Notes: a model not told the origin generated them from the sequence alone. Shown: positions 1-10,011, counted from the first letter of the stretch. The stretch is DNA of 64,000 nucleotides from Spirochaetaceae bacterium (GCA_965224705.1 OZ245056.1:2688001-2752000); one strand, 5' to 3'. Program-made: numbers and translations.

Positions 1-687
1 TCTCTTGCCATCGTTCTGGATATTCCAGGGTTTATAATTCCAATGGCATTTCTAACAGCACTTCTGTCCCTGTTTCTTGTACTGCTGTTCTCGCAGAAGG
101 ATAAAATGCAGGTGGAAAGCCTGATTCTTGCGGGTATAGCTGTGATGTTTGCATTTTCTGCCGGCACATCCCTGCTTCAATACCTGGCCAGCCAGGATGA
201 ATTAACCCGCATTGTTTTCTGGCTTATGGGATCTCTTGGTTCCACCACCTGGCTTGAATCGGCCACAGCGGCTCTGATCTTTCTGATCTTCGGACCTTTC
301 ATTTATTCCTTATCCTGGCGTATCAACATCCTTTCCTCCGGTGATGATGGGGCTGGAAGTCTGGGAATCCATCCGCAATTTCTACGTATGGCGGTTATTC
401 TGGGTGTTACTCTGGTGACGGCAGTCATCGTCAGTTTTTCGGGAGTAATCGGTTTCATTGGATTGGCCTCACCCCACATAGCCCGCATTCTCTTCGGCAG
501 TGATCACCGTCTTCTCTTCCCTGCTTCCGCTCTGACAGGAGCATTGTTTCTTCTGGTATCCGATACTCTGGCCCGGACACTGTTAGGGAACACGGAATTG
601 CCCATTGGTATAATAACATCCTTTATCGGTGTCCCATTCCTCATCGCCATTCTCATGAACCGCCGCAAGTTTCGGAATGTGCTGTGA
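1..687 (+). CDS. FecCD/BtuC-family ABC transporter permease, probably corrinoid uptake (likely 5'-truncated by the window edge)
   Basis: Hydrophobic ORF with family motifs 'FWLMGSL', 'GVIGFIGLASPHIAR' and 'ELPIGIITSFIGVPF'; adjacent to cob genes. Confidence 0.85.
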   Translation, partial: SLAIVLDIPGFIIPMAFLTALLSLFLVLLFSQKDKMQVESLILAGIAVMFAFSAGTSLLQYLASQDELTRIVFWLMGSLGSTTWLESATAALIFLIFGPFIYSLSWRINILSSGDDGAGSLGIHPQFLRMAVILGVTLVTAVIVSFSGVIGFIGLASPHIARILFGSDHRLLFPASALTGALFLLVSDTLARTLLGNTELPIGIITSFIGVPFLIAILMNRRKFRNVL

Positions 688-1454
688 GTATTCAGGTCCA
701 CAATTTCAATTTCTCCTACAATCAAAAACCCTTTCTGAAAAATCTTTGTTTCAGCTGCCCTGGCGGTCAGGTTGTTGCCCTTCTCGGAGAAAACGGTTCG
801 GGCAAATCCACACTGATTTCATGTCTGGCCGGAATGAAGTCAGTCAGAGGTATAAATTGGATGAACAGACCTCTCCAGGACTGGTCAATAGCGGATCGGG
901 CAAAACACAGGGCTCTGGTTCCTCAGCATTCCATCTTTGAGCCTTCCATGATTCTCTATGACTTTGTTCTCCTGGGGCGTAAACCATGGTTCAGATGGTA
1001 TGAAGGCCCTGGAGACCACAGTGTGGTCAGAGAAGTATTGAATCTGTTTGAATTAACGCATCTTTCCTTTCGTCCACTGGCGGATGTCAGTGGAGGGGAG
1101 CGGCAGAAAGCTGTACTGGCCCGGGCATTTGCTCAGGATACACCTCTTCTTCTCCTTGATGAACCCTTGAACAATCTGGATCTTCGTTTTCAAATGAAAT
1201 TCATGAACTTATTGAAGGAGCGAAGTCAGAGTAAAAATGTATTGATACTCATCGCTCTGCATGACATCAATGCCGCCCTGAGCTGGTGCGACTCCGCCAT
1301 TTTATTGAAAGACGGGTCTCTTGTGGCTCAGGGACCCAACAATGAATCCATCAGTGAAGAAAGTGTCCATCAGATGCTTGATATTAGAATTGACTTCGTC
1401 GAAATCAACGGGAAGCGTCAGATGTTCCTTCCCCTGGAAGAAGTTTCCTCATGA
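684..1454 (+). CDS. ABC transporter ATP-binding subunit (FecE/BtuD-like)
   Basis: Walker A GENGSGKS, signature VSGGERQ, Walker B LLLLDEP, H-loop ALHD; GTGA overlap with the permease stop. Confidence 0.9.
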   Translation: MSIQVHNFNFSYNQKPFLKNLCFSCPGGQVVALLGENGSGKSTLISCLAGMKSVRGINWMNRPLQDWSIADRAKHRALVPQHSIFEPSMILYDFVLLGRKPWFRWYEGPGDHSVVREVLNLFELTHLSFRPLADVSGGERQKAVLARAFAQDTPLLLLDEPLNNLDLRFQMKFMNLLKERSQSKNVLILIALHDINAALSWCDSAILLKDGSLVAQGPNNESISEESVHQMLDIRIDFVEINGKRQMFLPLEEVSS

Positions 1455-1456
1455 AA

Positions 1457-1966
1457 TCACATCTCAATTCCAATTCTGGCCGACACCCCGGACTGGTAGT
1501 AGTGCTTGATCGGTTTCATTTCAGTCACCAGATCAGCTCTCTGGATGAGACGGTTCGGGGCTCCTCGTCCAGTGCAGATTACTTCCATCGTTTCTGGCCG
1601 TTTGTCAAGAATTCTATGAAAATGAGATTCATCCACCAGATTTCGGGAAAGAGCAACATTGATTTCATCCAGAATAAGGAGGTTGAATTCCGCATCAGCA
1701 AAGAGACAGTCAATTCTCTTCAATCCTTCATTGGCCCTGTCCCTGTCCTGATTTGTCACGGATCGGTCAAACATAAGCCCGCATCCAAATTGCTCAACCG
1801 ATACGCCGATTTGATTCAGGATTTTTATCTCAGAATAAGATTTATTCTTGATGAACTGGATGAGTTTTACTTTGAGATCAGCTCCTCTGGCCCTGAGAGC
1901 CAATCCAAAGGCTGCGGTCGATTTTCCTTTGCCGCCGCCCGTGTATACATGAAGGTAACCATTCAT
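1457..1966 (-). CDS. cobO: Cob(I)yrinic acid a,c-diamide adenosyltransferase (CobO/BtuR family)
   Basis: 'HVYTGGGKGKSTAAFGLALRA', 'LILDEI', 'TGRGAP', 'ADLVTEM...KHYY...GIE'. Confidence 0.93.
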   Translation of the reverse strand: MNGYLHVYTGGGKGKSTAAFGLALRARGADLKVKLIQFIKNKSYSEIKILNQIGVSVEQFGCGLMFDRSVTNQDRDRANEGLKRIDCLFADAEFNLLILDEINVALSRNLVDESHFHRILDKRPETMEVICTGRGAPNRLIQRADLVTEMKPIKHYYQSGVSARIGIEM

Positions 1967-2013
1967 GTCAAAATACTAGCACATCTCAGCCGAAGATAGA
2001 CAGGTGGAGGTAG

Positions 2014-3048
2014 ATGTATGGTTATGTTTTTTCTGACAAATTCAAAACACACCACATCCAGGGTGTTCTTCAGACAATGATGCTTTTTAATCACGACCGC
2101 CCCCTGCTTTTTCTGCTCATTCTGCTGACGGCCCTGGCCCTTGATCTTCTGGCAGGAGATCCGCCAACCCGATACCATCCAGTTGGCTGGCTGGGTCAGG
2201 TTATACAATGTATCTGGGCCGGAAGACTCAGCAGTAAAAAGGTACATCTACTCTTCTGCGGAACTCTTATCCTCTCTACAGGACTTCTTCTTACGACGAT
2301 GATTTCATGGCCGCTGCAGAGATTTCTTCTCTCACTCAGGGGCATACCCCTGTTTGTCGCCATCATAATATCAGCCATTGTTTTCAAATTGTCTTTTTCA
2401 TTGAAGGGGCTCCTTCACGCTAGCAGTAGCGTAAAAAATGCCCTGGACTCTGGAAATCTCCCCAGAGCCAGGCAGTTGGCCAGTCAGAAACTGGTCAGTC
2501 GAACTATGGAAGATGCCGACGAAGCAGCTGTTGTGTCAGCTGTTATTGAATCCCTGAGTGAAAACTTTACAGACAGCCTGGCTTCCCCCATTTTCTATTT
2601 CTCGATCGGAGGACTCCCTGCTGCCTGGGGGTATCGGTTCATTAATACGGCCGATGCCATGCTTGGTTACCATGGGGGGGATAAGGAATGGGGAGGAAAA
2701 ATAACGGCCCGGCTGGATGATGTACTGAATTGGATACCGGCAAGAATTTCAGGCTGGATATTTATTATCGCCTCAGGCCTGACATCTCTGGAGGGCAGGC
2801 TGTCGTCAAAATGCATGCTGACTGATGCCATGAAATGTGCGAGTCCAAACTCAGGATGGACCATGGCGGCGGCCGCTGGAATTCTGGGTATCAGGCTGGA
2901 AAAGAAAGGGCATTATGTTCTTAACTCTCATGGGAGGCTTCCTGTATCTGCGGACATAGACCGATGTATCAATCTTGTCAGAATATCATCTGTGCTACTG
3001 CTGATATCTGTTATATTGTGTATAGTTCTTGTATTGATAGTCCAATAA
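2014..3048 (+). CDS. cbiB: Adenosylcobinamide-phosphate synthase (CbiB/CobD family)
   Basis: 'GDP...HPV', 'ESLSENFTD', 'YRFINTADAMLGY', 'ARLDDVLNWIPAR', 'SPNSGW'; start could be the ATG at 2077. Confidence 0.92.
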   Translation: MYGYVFSDKFKTHHIQGVLQTMMLFNHDRPLLFLLILLTALALDLLAGDPPTRYHPVGWLGQVIQCIWAGRLSSKKVHLLFCGTLILSTGLLLTTMISWPLQRFLLSLRGIPLFVAIIISAIVFKLSFSLKGLLHASSSVKNALDSGNLPRARQLASQKLVSRTMEDADEAAVVSAVIESLSENFTDSLASPIFYFSIGGLPAAWGYRFINTADAMLGYHGGDKEWGGKITARLDDVLNWIPARISGWIFIIASGLTSLEGRLSSKCMLTDAMKCASPNSGWTMAAAAGILGIRLEKKGHYVLNSHGRLPVSADIDRCINLVRISSVLLLISVILCIVLVLIVQ

Positions 3049-3079
3049 ACCTATATATAGCGTTATTGGAGGGAGTATA

Positions 3080-3622
3080 ATGACGTTGATACTTGGTGGA
3101 ATAAAGAGTGGTAAAAGCTCATTTGCAGCCCGGTTAGCCAGGGACAGAGAACAGCTTGGGCCGGTTGTTTATCTGGCCACGGCGTATGCCGGTGATGAAG
3201 AAATGGCTCAGCGCATCCGGAATCACCGTGCTGACAGACCGGAGAATTGGGAAACAATTGAGGAAGAATTGAATCCGGCCGGGGTGATTCCTAATCTCTC
3301 AGGAGTAAGAACACTGCTTCTGGATTGTGTCACTTCATGGCTCAGCAATTTAATTGCTCCCCTTGGAAAAGAACCGGATCATGACGAAGTCATTCAGTTC
3401 GGACGGAAGGAGGTCAACAAGCTCATGGCCAGTATTAAAAACTGGGAGAAGGGCGGAGGGGAGGCCTTTCTTGTCTCCAACCTGGTGGAACTGGGCCTGG
3501 TATCAGCCTGGCCATTGGGGAGGGTTTTTCAGGATCTGTCGGGCTTCGCGCATCAATTAATTGCTGCGGCCGCCAGCAGAGTCTATCATGTAACAGCGGG
3601 TCTACCTCTCAGATTGAAATGA
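3080..3622 (+). CDS. cobU: Bifunctional adenosylcobinamide kinase / cobinamide-phosphate guanylyltransferase (CobU/CobP)
   Basis: 'LILGGIKSGKSSFA', 'YLATA..GDEEM..RI..HR..RP..W.TIEE', 'LLDCVT.WLSN'. Confidence 0.93.
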   Translation: MTLILGGIKSGKSSFAARLARDREQLGPVVYLATAYAGDEEMAQRIRNHRADRPENWETIEEELNPAGVIPNLSGVRTLLLDCVTSWLSNLIAPLGKEPDHDEVIQFGRKEVNKLMASIKNWEKGGGEAFLVSNLVELGLVSAWPLGRVFQDLSGFAHQLIAAAASRVYHVTAGLPLRLK

Positions 3623-3674
3623 AACCTGTCCTGGAACTGATCCCGCCTGATCTTCATTGGGAGTCTCTCCGGGG

Positions 3675-4751
3675 ATGAACAGGGAAGAAGTGTTTCTAAA
3701 CAGAATCAAGGCTTCAGTACAACCCATTGATGAAGATGCGATGAGGAGAGCTGCCTCAAGAATGGATGCTTTGCTGAAACCTCCCGGCTCCCTGGGCCGA
3801 CTGGAAGATCTTGGAATTCTTCTGGCCGGAGTTCAGGGAAACGAAAAGCCTGTGATTGACTCAAAGCTTTCTCTGATTTATGCAGCAGACCATGGCGTTG
3901 CCGCTGAAGGGGTAAGCCTTGCTCATCCTGATGTAACGGGAACCATGGTAAAGGCCTTCTGTTCGGGCAGGGCTGGTATCAATGTTCTGGCATCCCGTGC
4001 CAAATCAGAAATCAGAGTTTTTGACATTGGGGTATCCAGTAACTACGATGCACCCGAATCTGTGCATATCTGCCGTATTCGCCGTGGGACCGGGAACATA
4101 AGAATCAAAGAGGCCATGAGCAGAGATGAGGCCGTCAGGGCTGTCGAAACAGGAATCAAAACGTCACAAACAGCCATCCGGGAAACAGGGGCCCGGTTAG
4201 TTGGTATTGGTGAAATGGGAGTCGGTAACACGACTCCTGCTGCGGCCCTGACATCTGTATTCACCGGTAAAGAAATTGAAAGCGTGACTGGAAGCGGAAC
4301 AGGACTGACATCTCTGGAAATAAAAAAACAGGTTATAAGAGAAGCCTTGCAGCTTCACCAGCCGAACCCGGACGACATAATTGGCACACTGGCCAGAATT
4401 GGAGGTCTGGATATTGCCGGAATGGCAGGAGCCGTGATAGGGACGGCCGAACTGGGATCCCTGGCATTGATTGATGGATTCATCAGCGGGGTTGCCGCAC
4501 TTGTTGCCGTGAAACTGGCTCCCAATGTGCGGGAGCGGATGGTATTCAGTCATCTGTCAGCAGAACCAGGTCATGGAATAATTGCTGATATGCTGGGACT
4601 TCTGCCAATACTTGATCTGAACCTCCGTCTGGGGGAGGGAACAGGCGCTGCCCTGGCCATGCCCATCGTTGAGGCTGGAGCGGCCCTGCTTTCCGAAATG
4701 GGAACAATGACATCAGAACTCGTTCAACTCCAGTTGCCAAAAAGTCGTTGA
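3675..4751 (+). CDS. cobT: Nicotinate-nucleotide--dimethylbenzimidazole phosphoribosyltransferase
   Basis: 'LKPPGSLGRLE', 'AADHGV', 'GEMGVGNTT', 'LRLGEGTGA'; start codon uncertain (3657/3675/3690). Confidence 0.95.
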   Translation: MNREEVFLNRIKASVQPIDEDAMRRAASRMDALLKPPGSLGRLEDLGILLAGVQGNEKPVIDSKLSLIYAADHGVAAEGVSLAHPDVTGTMVKAFCSGRAGINVLASRAKSEIRVFDIGVSSNYDAPESVHICRIRRGTGNIRIKEAMSRDEAVRAVETGIKTSQTAIRETGARLVGIGEMGVGNTTPAAALTSVFTGKEIESVTGSGTGLTSLEIKKQVIREALQLHQPNPDDIIGTLARIGGLDIAGMAGAVIGTAELGSLALIDGFISGVAALVAVKLAPNVRERMVFSHLSAEPGHGIIADMLGLLPILDLNLRLGEGTGAALAMPIVEAGAALLSEMGTMTSELVQLQLPKSR

Positions 4752-4782
4752 ATGCATGATAATTATCACATAGGGGTAGACA

Positions 4783-5601
4783 ATGTATAGATCGATGGCA
4801 TTTGCATTATTGGCGACCTGCATTCTAATTAAAATGATGGCCGAGGAATCGCAATACGATGATGCAGTGACTGGCATGACACTGAATGGCTCCACAGGAT
4901 TATTCGTCGTTCCCGATGCTCAAATTGGCTGGGACAGGACCGATATTGGATTGAATTCAGGCTATGGCTTTGTCTGGACAGGGAATCTGGATCATCTACC
5001 GCGTTTTTCAATCAATCTGTTTAGAAAAATTGAAGTCTCCGGGCTGCTGCACTTTAACAGCAGTGGAGTGAAGAACGGTGTCCTGGGAGCAAAGTTTCAG
5101 TTTTTTGAGAAGCAGGGTGCATCCCTGGCCATGGGGGGCGATTTCGAAATCACAGATACCAGTCACTATACCGGCCATAATTCCAAAGTTTATACTTCCG
5201 TAACCTACAGTGGAGACTTCTTCAGCATGCCGGCAACAACTTCTCTGGCATTTGGATGGCAATTCTTGAGTCTGGGTAAGTTCAGCAGCCAGTTGATATA
5301 TGGTATGGGCTTTACGATAGGATTGTTTCCCAACATACTCCATAACTATCTTATGTGGGTCACGGACTTTTCCAACTTCTCCTATGCGGTGCATGGTTCT
5401 GAATTGAATGCAGGAGTCCGGGGGGCATTGAATACAGGTCTGAGAATACATCCTGTCAAGAAGGGGGCATTCAATCTTGTTATCGACATCATTGGTACGG
5501 ATCTCCTGGATACAACTCGCGGACTTACTGTCTCACTGAGTGCCGGCATTGGACTGAAAACTTCCCAAACCAGACTTTCTCTTCCAGAAGGGATGGAATA
5601 A
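4783..5601 (+). CDS. Hypothetical exported protein, beta-strand rich (possible outer-membrane protein)
   Basis: Signal-like N-terminus; 'GMTLNGSTGLFVVPDA' start; alternating hydrophobic strands. Confidence 0.6.
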   Translation: MYRSMAFALLATCILIKMMAEESQYDDAVTGMTLNGSTGLFVVPDAQIGWDRTDIGLNSGYGFVWTGNLDHLPRFSINLFRKIEVSGLLHFNSSGVKNGVLGAKFQFFEKQGASLAMGGDFEITDTSHYTGHNSKVYTSVTYSGDFFSMPATTSLAFGWQFLSLGKFSSQLIYGMGFTIGLFPNILHNYLMWVTDFSNFSYAVHGSELNAGVRGALNTGLRIHPVKKGAFNLVIDIIGTDLLDTTRGLTVSLSAGIGLKTSQTRLSLPEGME

Positions 5602-5603
5602 CC

Positions 5604-6671
5604 TTGAGTACTGATGAGAATTTCATCCTCAGAGCAAGGGATTTAGACGGTGTTCTTACAGAAAATGACAGGCAGAACATACTTGGAATGCATGAGTATT
5701 ATGAAGAAGCGATGGAGTCCTTTCAGGCATTGGATGCTGGTGAATCGAAGCCTTCCCTTGTTTCCTCTGAGACGGACAGGATCATACGTTCATATGAAAA
5801 GATGGGGAAATTCATGCAGGAAATTACAACAGACGAACCCAACATCCATGTCTATGGTTTTGAAACTCCATCAACCCAGCATGGAGAAGTTTCCCGCCTC
5901 ATAGCCAAGATCAGGGATATAAGAACCGGGAACGATGAGTTTGTTTATTACATACAGAGAGCCTATGAACTCCTATTCAACCTTGCCTGGGGCGGAGGCG
6001 GAAGAGGACAGAAAAACTACCTGGTCGTAAAGACACCTGTCAATCAGCCATTTACAAATTATGCTGTCCACAAAATCCCTGATGTTGATGAATACATCAA
6101 AAATACAGTAATGTGCGTGATGCTCCGGGGAGCCCTTCTCCCTTCCATGATATTGAGTAAGGAGATACAGGAGTACAGTTCCACTGGTTTTGTAACCTCA
6201 TTTGCCCTTTTTCGCATCAGTCGAAATGAGTCCAAATCGAAAAAAAACATGGAATACATACTGGAACCTGACATGTCCTATTTTAACATCGAATCCCTGA
6301 ATGAAAAGAATCTCATCTTTGCTGATCCAATGAATGCGACGGGAGGGAGCCTGGTTGCCGTTGTCAAGTACCTGCATTCCCGGGGGGTTCATCCAAAATC
6401 TGTCAAAGCATTCAATGTTATTTCTGCTCTTCAAGGAACTCTGCAAATCGTCAGGTCAATTGAAAATGTTGAAGTTTTTACATTGTGGATGGATCCTGTA
6501 CTCAATGACTCAGCATACATTCTGCCGGGTCTTGGGGATGCGGGAGACAGGATTAATGGAAGGGATTCGAACCATCGTCGAAACATAATTCAGCTTATTG
6601 CTGATTATGGGAGCAATCTGGCTGCTCTGTATCGTTCCCAGGTGAGAGAAATTGAGCGAATGGTTTTATGA
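5604..6671 (+). CDS. upp: Uracil phosphoribosyltransferase, long form
   Basis: 'MLRGAL', PRPP motif 'FADPMNATGGS', 'LND.AYILPGLGDAGDR'; TTG start. Confidence 0.88.
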   Translation: MSTDENFILRARDLDGVLTENDRQNILGMHEYYEEAMESFQALDAGESKPSLVSSETDRIIRSYEKMGKFMQEITTDEPNIHVYGFETPSTQHGEVSRLIAKIRDIRTGNDEFVYYIQRAYELLFNLAWGGGGRGQKNYLVVKTPVNQPFTNYAVHKIPDVDEYIKNTVMCVMLRGALLPSMILSKEIQEYSSTGFVTSFALFRISRNESKSKKNMEYILEPDMSYFNIESLNEKNLIFADPMNATGGSLVAVVKYLHSRGVHPKSVKAFNVISALQGTLQIVRSIENVEVFTLWMDPVLNDSAYILPGLGDAGDRINGRDSNHRRNIIQLIADYGSNLAALYRSQVREIERMVL

Positions 6672-6725
6672 GCCTGTCGGACTTACGCCTCACGGCTCGA
6701 AGTCTTAAAGTTCGACAGACTCCTA
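6669..6725 (+). repeat. Short (internally deleted) copy of a palindromic MITE/REP-like element
   Basis: gagcctgtcggactt...aagttcgacagactcc; same arms as the copies at 10561 and 34831 but without the inner stem. Confidence 0.85.
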
Positions 6726-6730
6726 TAAGT

Positions 6731-7630
6731 ATGAAGACTTATTACGCAAGGCAATGGGTATTCATCATACTGGCAGCCATTATAAGTACTTCCTGCCGCA
6801 CCTGGTCTCGGGCTGATATTGCTGCTGTCAATGCCTTTAATGCGGGCAATGCCTTCCAGGAAAAGGGGGATTACATCAGTGCAGCAGCAGCTTACAGGGA
6901 GGCCCTCACTGTTAAACCCAGGATGACCGCAGCGTCATACAACCTGGCAGTCACCTTAGCCAGATCCAGACAATATGATGAATCAATAAGAATTCTCAAT
7001 GAACTACGGAGACGAAATCCAGAAAGTCTTAAGATCATCAGAACTTCTGGATGGGTGTTGTTCAGGAGTAATGAACTTGAAAAAGCTCTTTCCCAGTACT
7101 TTGAAGCTCTGGCTGTGCTGGAAACTGATGCTGAGACTCTTAAAAGCATTGTTGAAATCTATAAACAACTCCAGCAGTTTGATGATGCTATTAAATATCA
7201 GAAGGATCTTCTTCAAGTTGAAGATACGGACGAAAACCATCTGATTCTTGCAGAATTGTATGCAATGAGTGGATATGCTCAGGAGGCAATCTATGAATAC
7301 GAATGGGGATTCACAAAAGACACTCCAGAGCCAGAGGCCCTGCTTTCTGCTGGAGAGATGGTTGAAAAGCTTGGGTTATACAGCAGGGCAGCAGAGTATT
7401 ATCAGCGTGCCGGCAGGGATGATTCCAGTGCCGGTGCGGCGGCCAGTTTCAGATTGGCTCGATTACAGCTTCTTGAGTTCACTGATTTTGAAGTCGGTAT
7501 CGATTTATTGAAAGCTGCCTTTCAAAAGGGCTTCGATGATGATGAAGCCCTTCACAATCTCCTCCTTGAGATTCCGCCTGAGTTGATTCCAGTGATCCAG
7601 GAGTTGATCAGCCCTGAAGAAGCTTCCTGA
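6731..7630 (+). CDS. TPR-repeat lipoprotein
   Basis: Lipobox-like 'IILAAIISTSC'; TPR patterns 'AFNAGNAFQEKGDYISAAAAYREAL', 'ASYNLAVTL'. Confidence 0.8.
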   Translation: MKTYYARQWVFIILAAIISTSCRTWSRADIAAVNAFNAGNAFQEKGDYISAAAAYREALTVKPRMTAASYNLAVTLARSRQYDESIRILNELRRRNPESLKIIRTSGWVLFRSNELEKALSQYFEALAVLETDAETLKSIVEIYKQLQQFDDAIKYQKDLLQVEDTDENHLILAELYAMSGYAQEAIYEYEWGFTKDTPEPEALLSAGEMVEKLGLYSRAAEYYQRAGRDDSSAGAAASFRLARLQLLEFTDFEVGIDLLKAAFQKGFDDDEALHNLLLEIPPELIPVIQELISPEEAS

Positions 7631-8237
7631 TTGAATTGAATACTTCCTCCGGTGCTGGCGATGCATCGACTGTCCGCAAAAGGTTCTGATCACCATACCA
7701 GTCAATCAATGGAGATGTCGCCTCATCATAGACCTTCAGCCTGTTTTCAACGGCATCCAGCGTGTCATCCTTCCGTGTTTGGAGAGCAGCGGCATCATCA
7801 TCGCATATGCCTTCGGATTGCGGTGGAAAGAATTCAATATGGTAGATGCGTCCGCAGACCGGACAGGAGCGTCTGCCGGTGAGGCGCATAATCAGATCCT
7901 TTTTTGAACATTGCAAATTGATTACATGATTGAGTTCTGCTACCTTTGAGAATGCCTTTGCCTGGGATATTGTTCTTGGAAACCCATCAAATATGAATCC
8001 ATCCACGGCATCATCTTTCCTTAATCGATCCTGAACCATTGAAATCGTTATTTCATCAGAAACTAAATCCCCCCTTTCCATAATGGCTTTCACCTGACGG
8101 CCAAGTTCCGTGTTATTGCTGACATGGTACCGGAACAAGTCTCCAGTTGAAATGTGGGGAACCGACAGGAGTTGCTGGGTTTTGACGGCCATTGTTCCTT
8201 TACCGGCTCCAGGGGGGCCAAGAAAAACTAATCGCAT
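7608..8237 (-). CDS. adk: Adenylate kinase (Zn-LID type)
   Basis: 'FLGPPGAGKGT', 'HISTGDLFR', 'FDGFPRT', LID CPVC; AGGAGG RBS upstream of the ATG at 8237. Confidence 0.97.
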   Translation of the reverse strand: MRLVFLGPPGAGKGTMAVKTQQLLSVPHISTGDLFRYHVSNNTELGRQVKAIMERGDLVSDEITISMVQDRLRKDDAVDGFIFDGFPRTISQAKAFSKVAELNHVINLQCSKKDLIMRLTGRRSCPVCGRIYHIEFFPPQSEGICDDDAAALQTRKDDTLDAVENRLKVYDEATSPLIDWYGDQNLLRTVDASPAPEEVFNSIRKLLQG

Positions 8238-8289
8238 TGCATTACCTCCTGCTGGATATGATCTGTTTATACTATCCCTGTCATGCGGA

Positions 8290-9597
8290 TCAATCAAGTA
8301 TCAGCACTCTATTGATTCGTATAAACACCGGGAGATCGTTCGTGTCGGCATGGAGGGGAATGGACAATTCCATCGGAAAAATTCGCCGCTCACCCCCTGC
8401 CATCGGAGGAACTTGATCCTTCAAAATACTGTATTCAGTGGGTGTCCAATCTGGATTGAGAAGTACTTCAAATGACAGTTCCTCAATTATCGCCACACCC
8501 GTATTCTCCAGGGCCAGATCCATCAGCAAAACCTGGCGGTCAAAGGCCTCAATTGTACGGCGATTGCGGACTTCGGCTTCCAGGGTACACCCAACCGGCC
8601 TGAGAGTATCCCAGTTGATTCCCACATCAGTTGAAGCTGGGTTAACAAATTCGTTTGAGAATTCTGTTTCCAGGGGCAGTATCTCAATACCCTGTAGATT
8701 TTCTTCACTTTCTGCCAGCCAGCGGAAGGTGTTGAAAGGGAGGGTATCTCCGGAGAGAAGGGAAGGGGTTTTTTTATCCAATACCACCCATGGCATCGAA
8801 AAAAGAACCTTACTGTCCATACCCCTGCCTCGTACGAGTAGTTCCAATTCTTCAATATTGTGTAACTTTGATTTAAAACGTCCAATCATATGGAGATAGG
8901 AATCCTCATTTCGCCGGCCTGTTTCAGAAAATGTGATTTCAGTATTGAGAATGTCATTGTTAACAGATTCAGTGTCTACTGGAACTGGCCGAGGTTCCAG
9001 AACAAATGATTCATACACCTGATCGTTTTCAACCCCTGGCGGAGCTGCGCCGTTCAGGGCCGATACAATGAAATCCCACTGCCACCACATCACCCCGGAA
9101 GAAGAAAGAAACAGCAGTAAGGCTGCAAGGATTAACCGATGCTTTCGGTTTCTGCCAGTATGGAGTCTGATCCATTTGTTTTCAAGAAGAAAGCGGTGGA
9201 GTTCTGAATTACTGGGTTGTAATTCCGATGCGATTCTGACTAACTCAATGATTTTTTTTCTATCCCGAAGAGAGGATCCTCTTCTTCGGGATCGTTTTAG
9301 ATATACTTCAGCCAATTCCACTCTTGGTGCCGCATCTCTGGGCCGCAGTTGAGATGCACGGGCAAGTTCCGCAATAGCCTGCTCGTAGTTTTCTCTGGCA
9401 AATGCCTTTCTGCCTCTGCGAAGATGATTATGCGAGAGTTTGTTCAGTGTATCCGTTTCCCTGCGTGTCAGCCGAAATTCATGCTTGAGAGAATCTAATT
9501 CTGACCTGGAGGGAGGATTGTCTTCCGACCAGTTTTTAAGCCGTTCAATGAATCTTCGAAGAAAGCTTTTTTCCTCTGAAAGATCTTCTTCAATCAT
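8290..9597 (-). CDS. Hypothetical membrane-anchored protein with N-terminal TPR-like region
   Basis: 435 aa ORF, 'ARENYEQAIAELARA' TPR-like motif, one central TM helix, AGAGG RBS. Confidence 0.65.
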   Translation of the reverse strand: MIEEDLSEEKSFLRRFIERLKNWSEDNPPSRSELDSLKHEFRLTRRETDTLNKLSHNHLRRGRKAFARENYEQAIAELARASQLRPRDAAPRVELAEVYLKRSRRRGSSLRDRKKIIELVRIASELQPSNSELHRFLLENKWIRLHTGRNRKHRLILAALLLFLSSSGVMWWQWDFIVSALNGAAPPGVENDQVYESFVLEPRPVPVDTESVNNDILNTEITFSETGRRNEDSYLHMIGRFKSKLHNIEELELLVRGRGMDSKVLFSMPWVVLDKKTPSLLSGDTLPFNTFRWLAESEENLQGIEILPLETEFSNEFVNPASTDVGINWDTLRPVGCTLEAEVRNRRTIEAFDRQVLLMDLALENTGVAIIEELSFEVLLNPDWTPTEYSILKDQVPPMAGGERRIFPMELSIPLHADTNDLPVFIRINRVLILD

Positions 9598-9674
9598 GTC
9601 TACCTCTTTCCATCAGGCATTCTCAAAAAATGACCGATATACTAGTATGATTAATGGAGCGGTGTTACTCAAGA

Positions 9675-9992
9675 ATGAAAATAGAATTCTTATGTGAGGC
9701 ATGCGGAGCATCTGTGAACTCAAGAGCAGTATCATGCCCGGCCTGCAATCGTCTCTTCAGCGGGGTGCAATGCCCACGATGTCACAGTCGGGGGAATTTC
9801 AGGAAATTCCTTCATGGCTGTAAAACCTGTGGTTTCACAGCCGATACAATTCCTCTGGAGATGATTGATGGCCGTTTTCTTGAAAGAAGATGGTACAGAA
9901 GACCTTCCTGGCCTGCATCCCGTTATTGGACATACAGTGTTCTGCTTCTGATCTCCATAGCAGCAGTTTTGCATTTCTGGATGAATAATTGA
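9675..9992 (+). CDS. Small double zinc-ribbon membrane protein
   Basis: Four CxxC pairs (CEAC, CPAC, CPRC, CKTC) and a C-terminal TM helix. Confidence 0.75.
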   Translation: MKIEFLCEACGASVNSRAVSCPACNRLFSGVQCPRCHSRGNFRKFLHGCKTCGFTADTIPLEMIDGRFLERRWYRRPSWPASRYWTYSVLLLISIAAVLHFWMNN

Positions 9993-10011
9993 ATTTCGGA
10001 AGAGTTGGCCA

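Noticed and set aside
1451..1999. 182-aa + strand ORF overlapping the ABC ATPase stop
   Set aside because: Antisense shadow of the clearly recognisable cobO; no motifs
1966..2014. Cobalamin riboswitch ahead of cbiB/cobO
   Set aside because: The gap is too short and no B12-box motifs are seen
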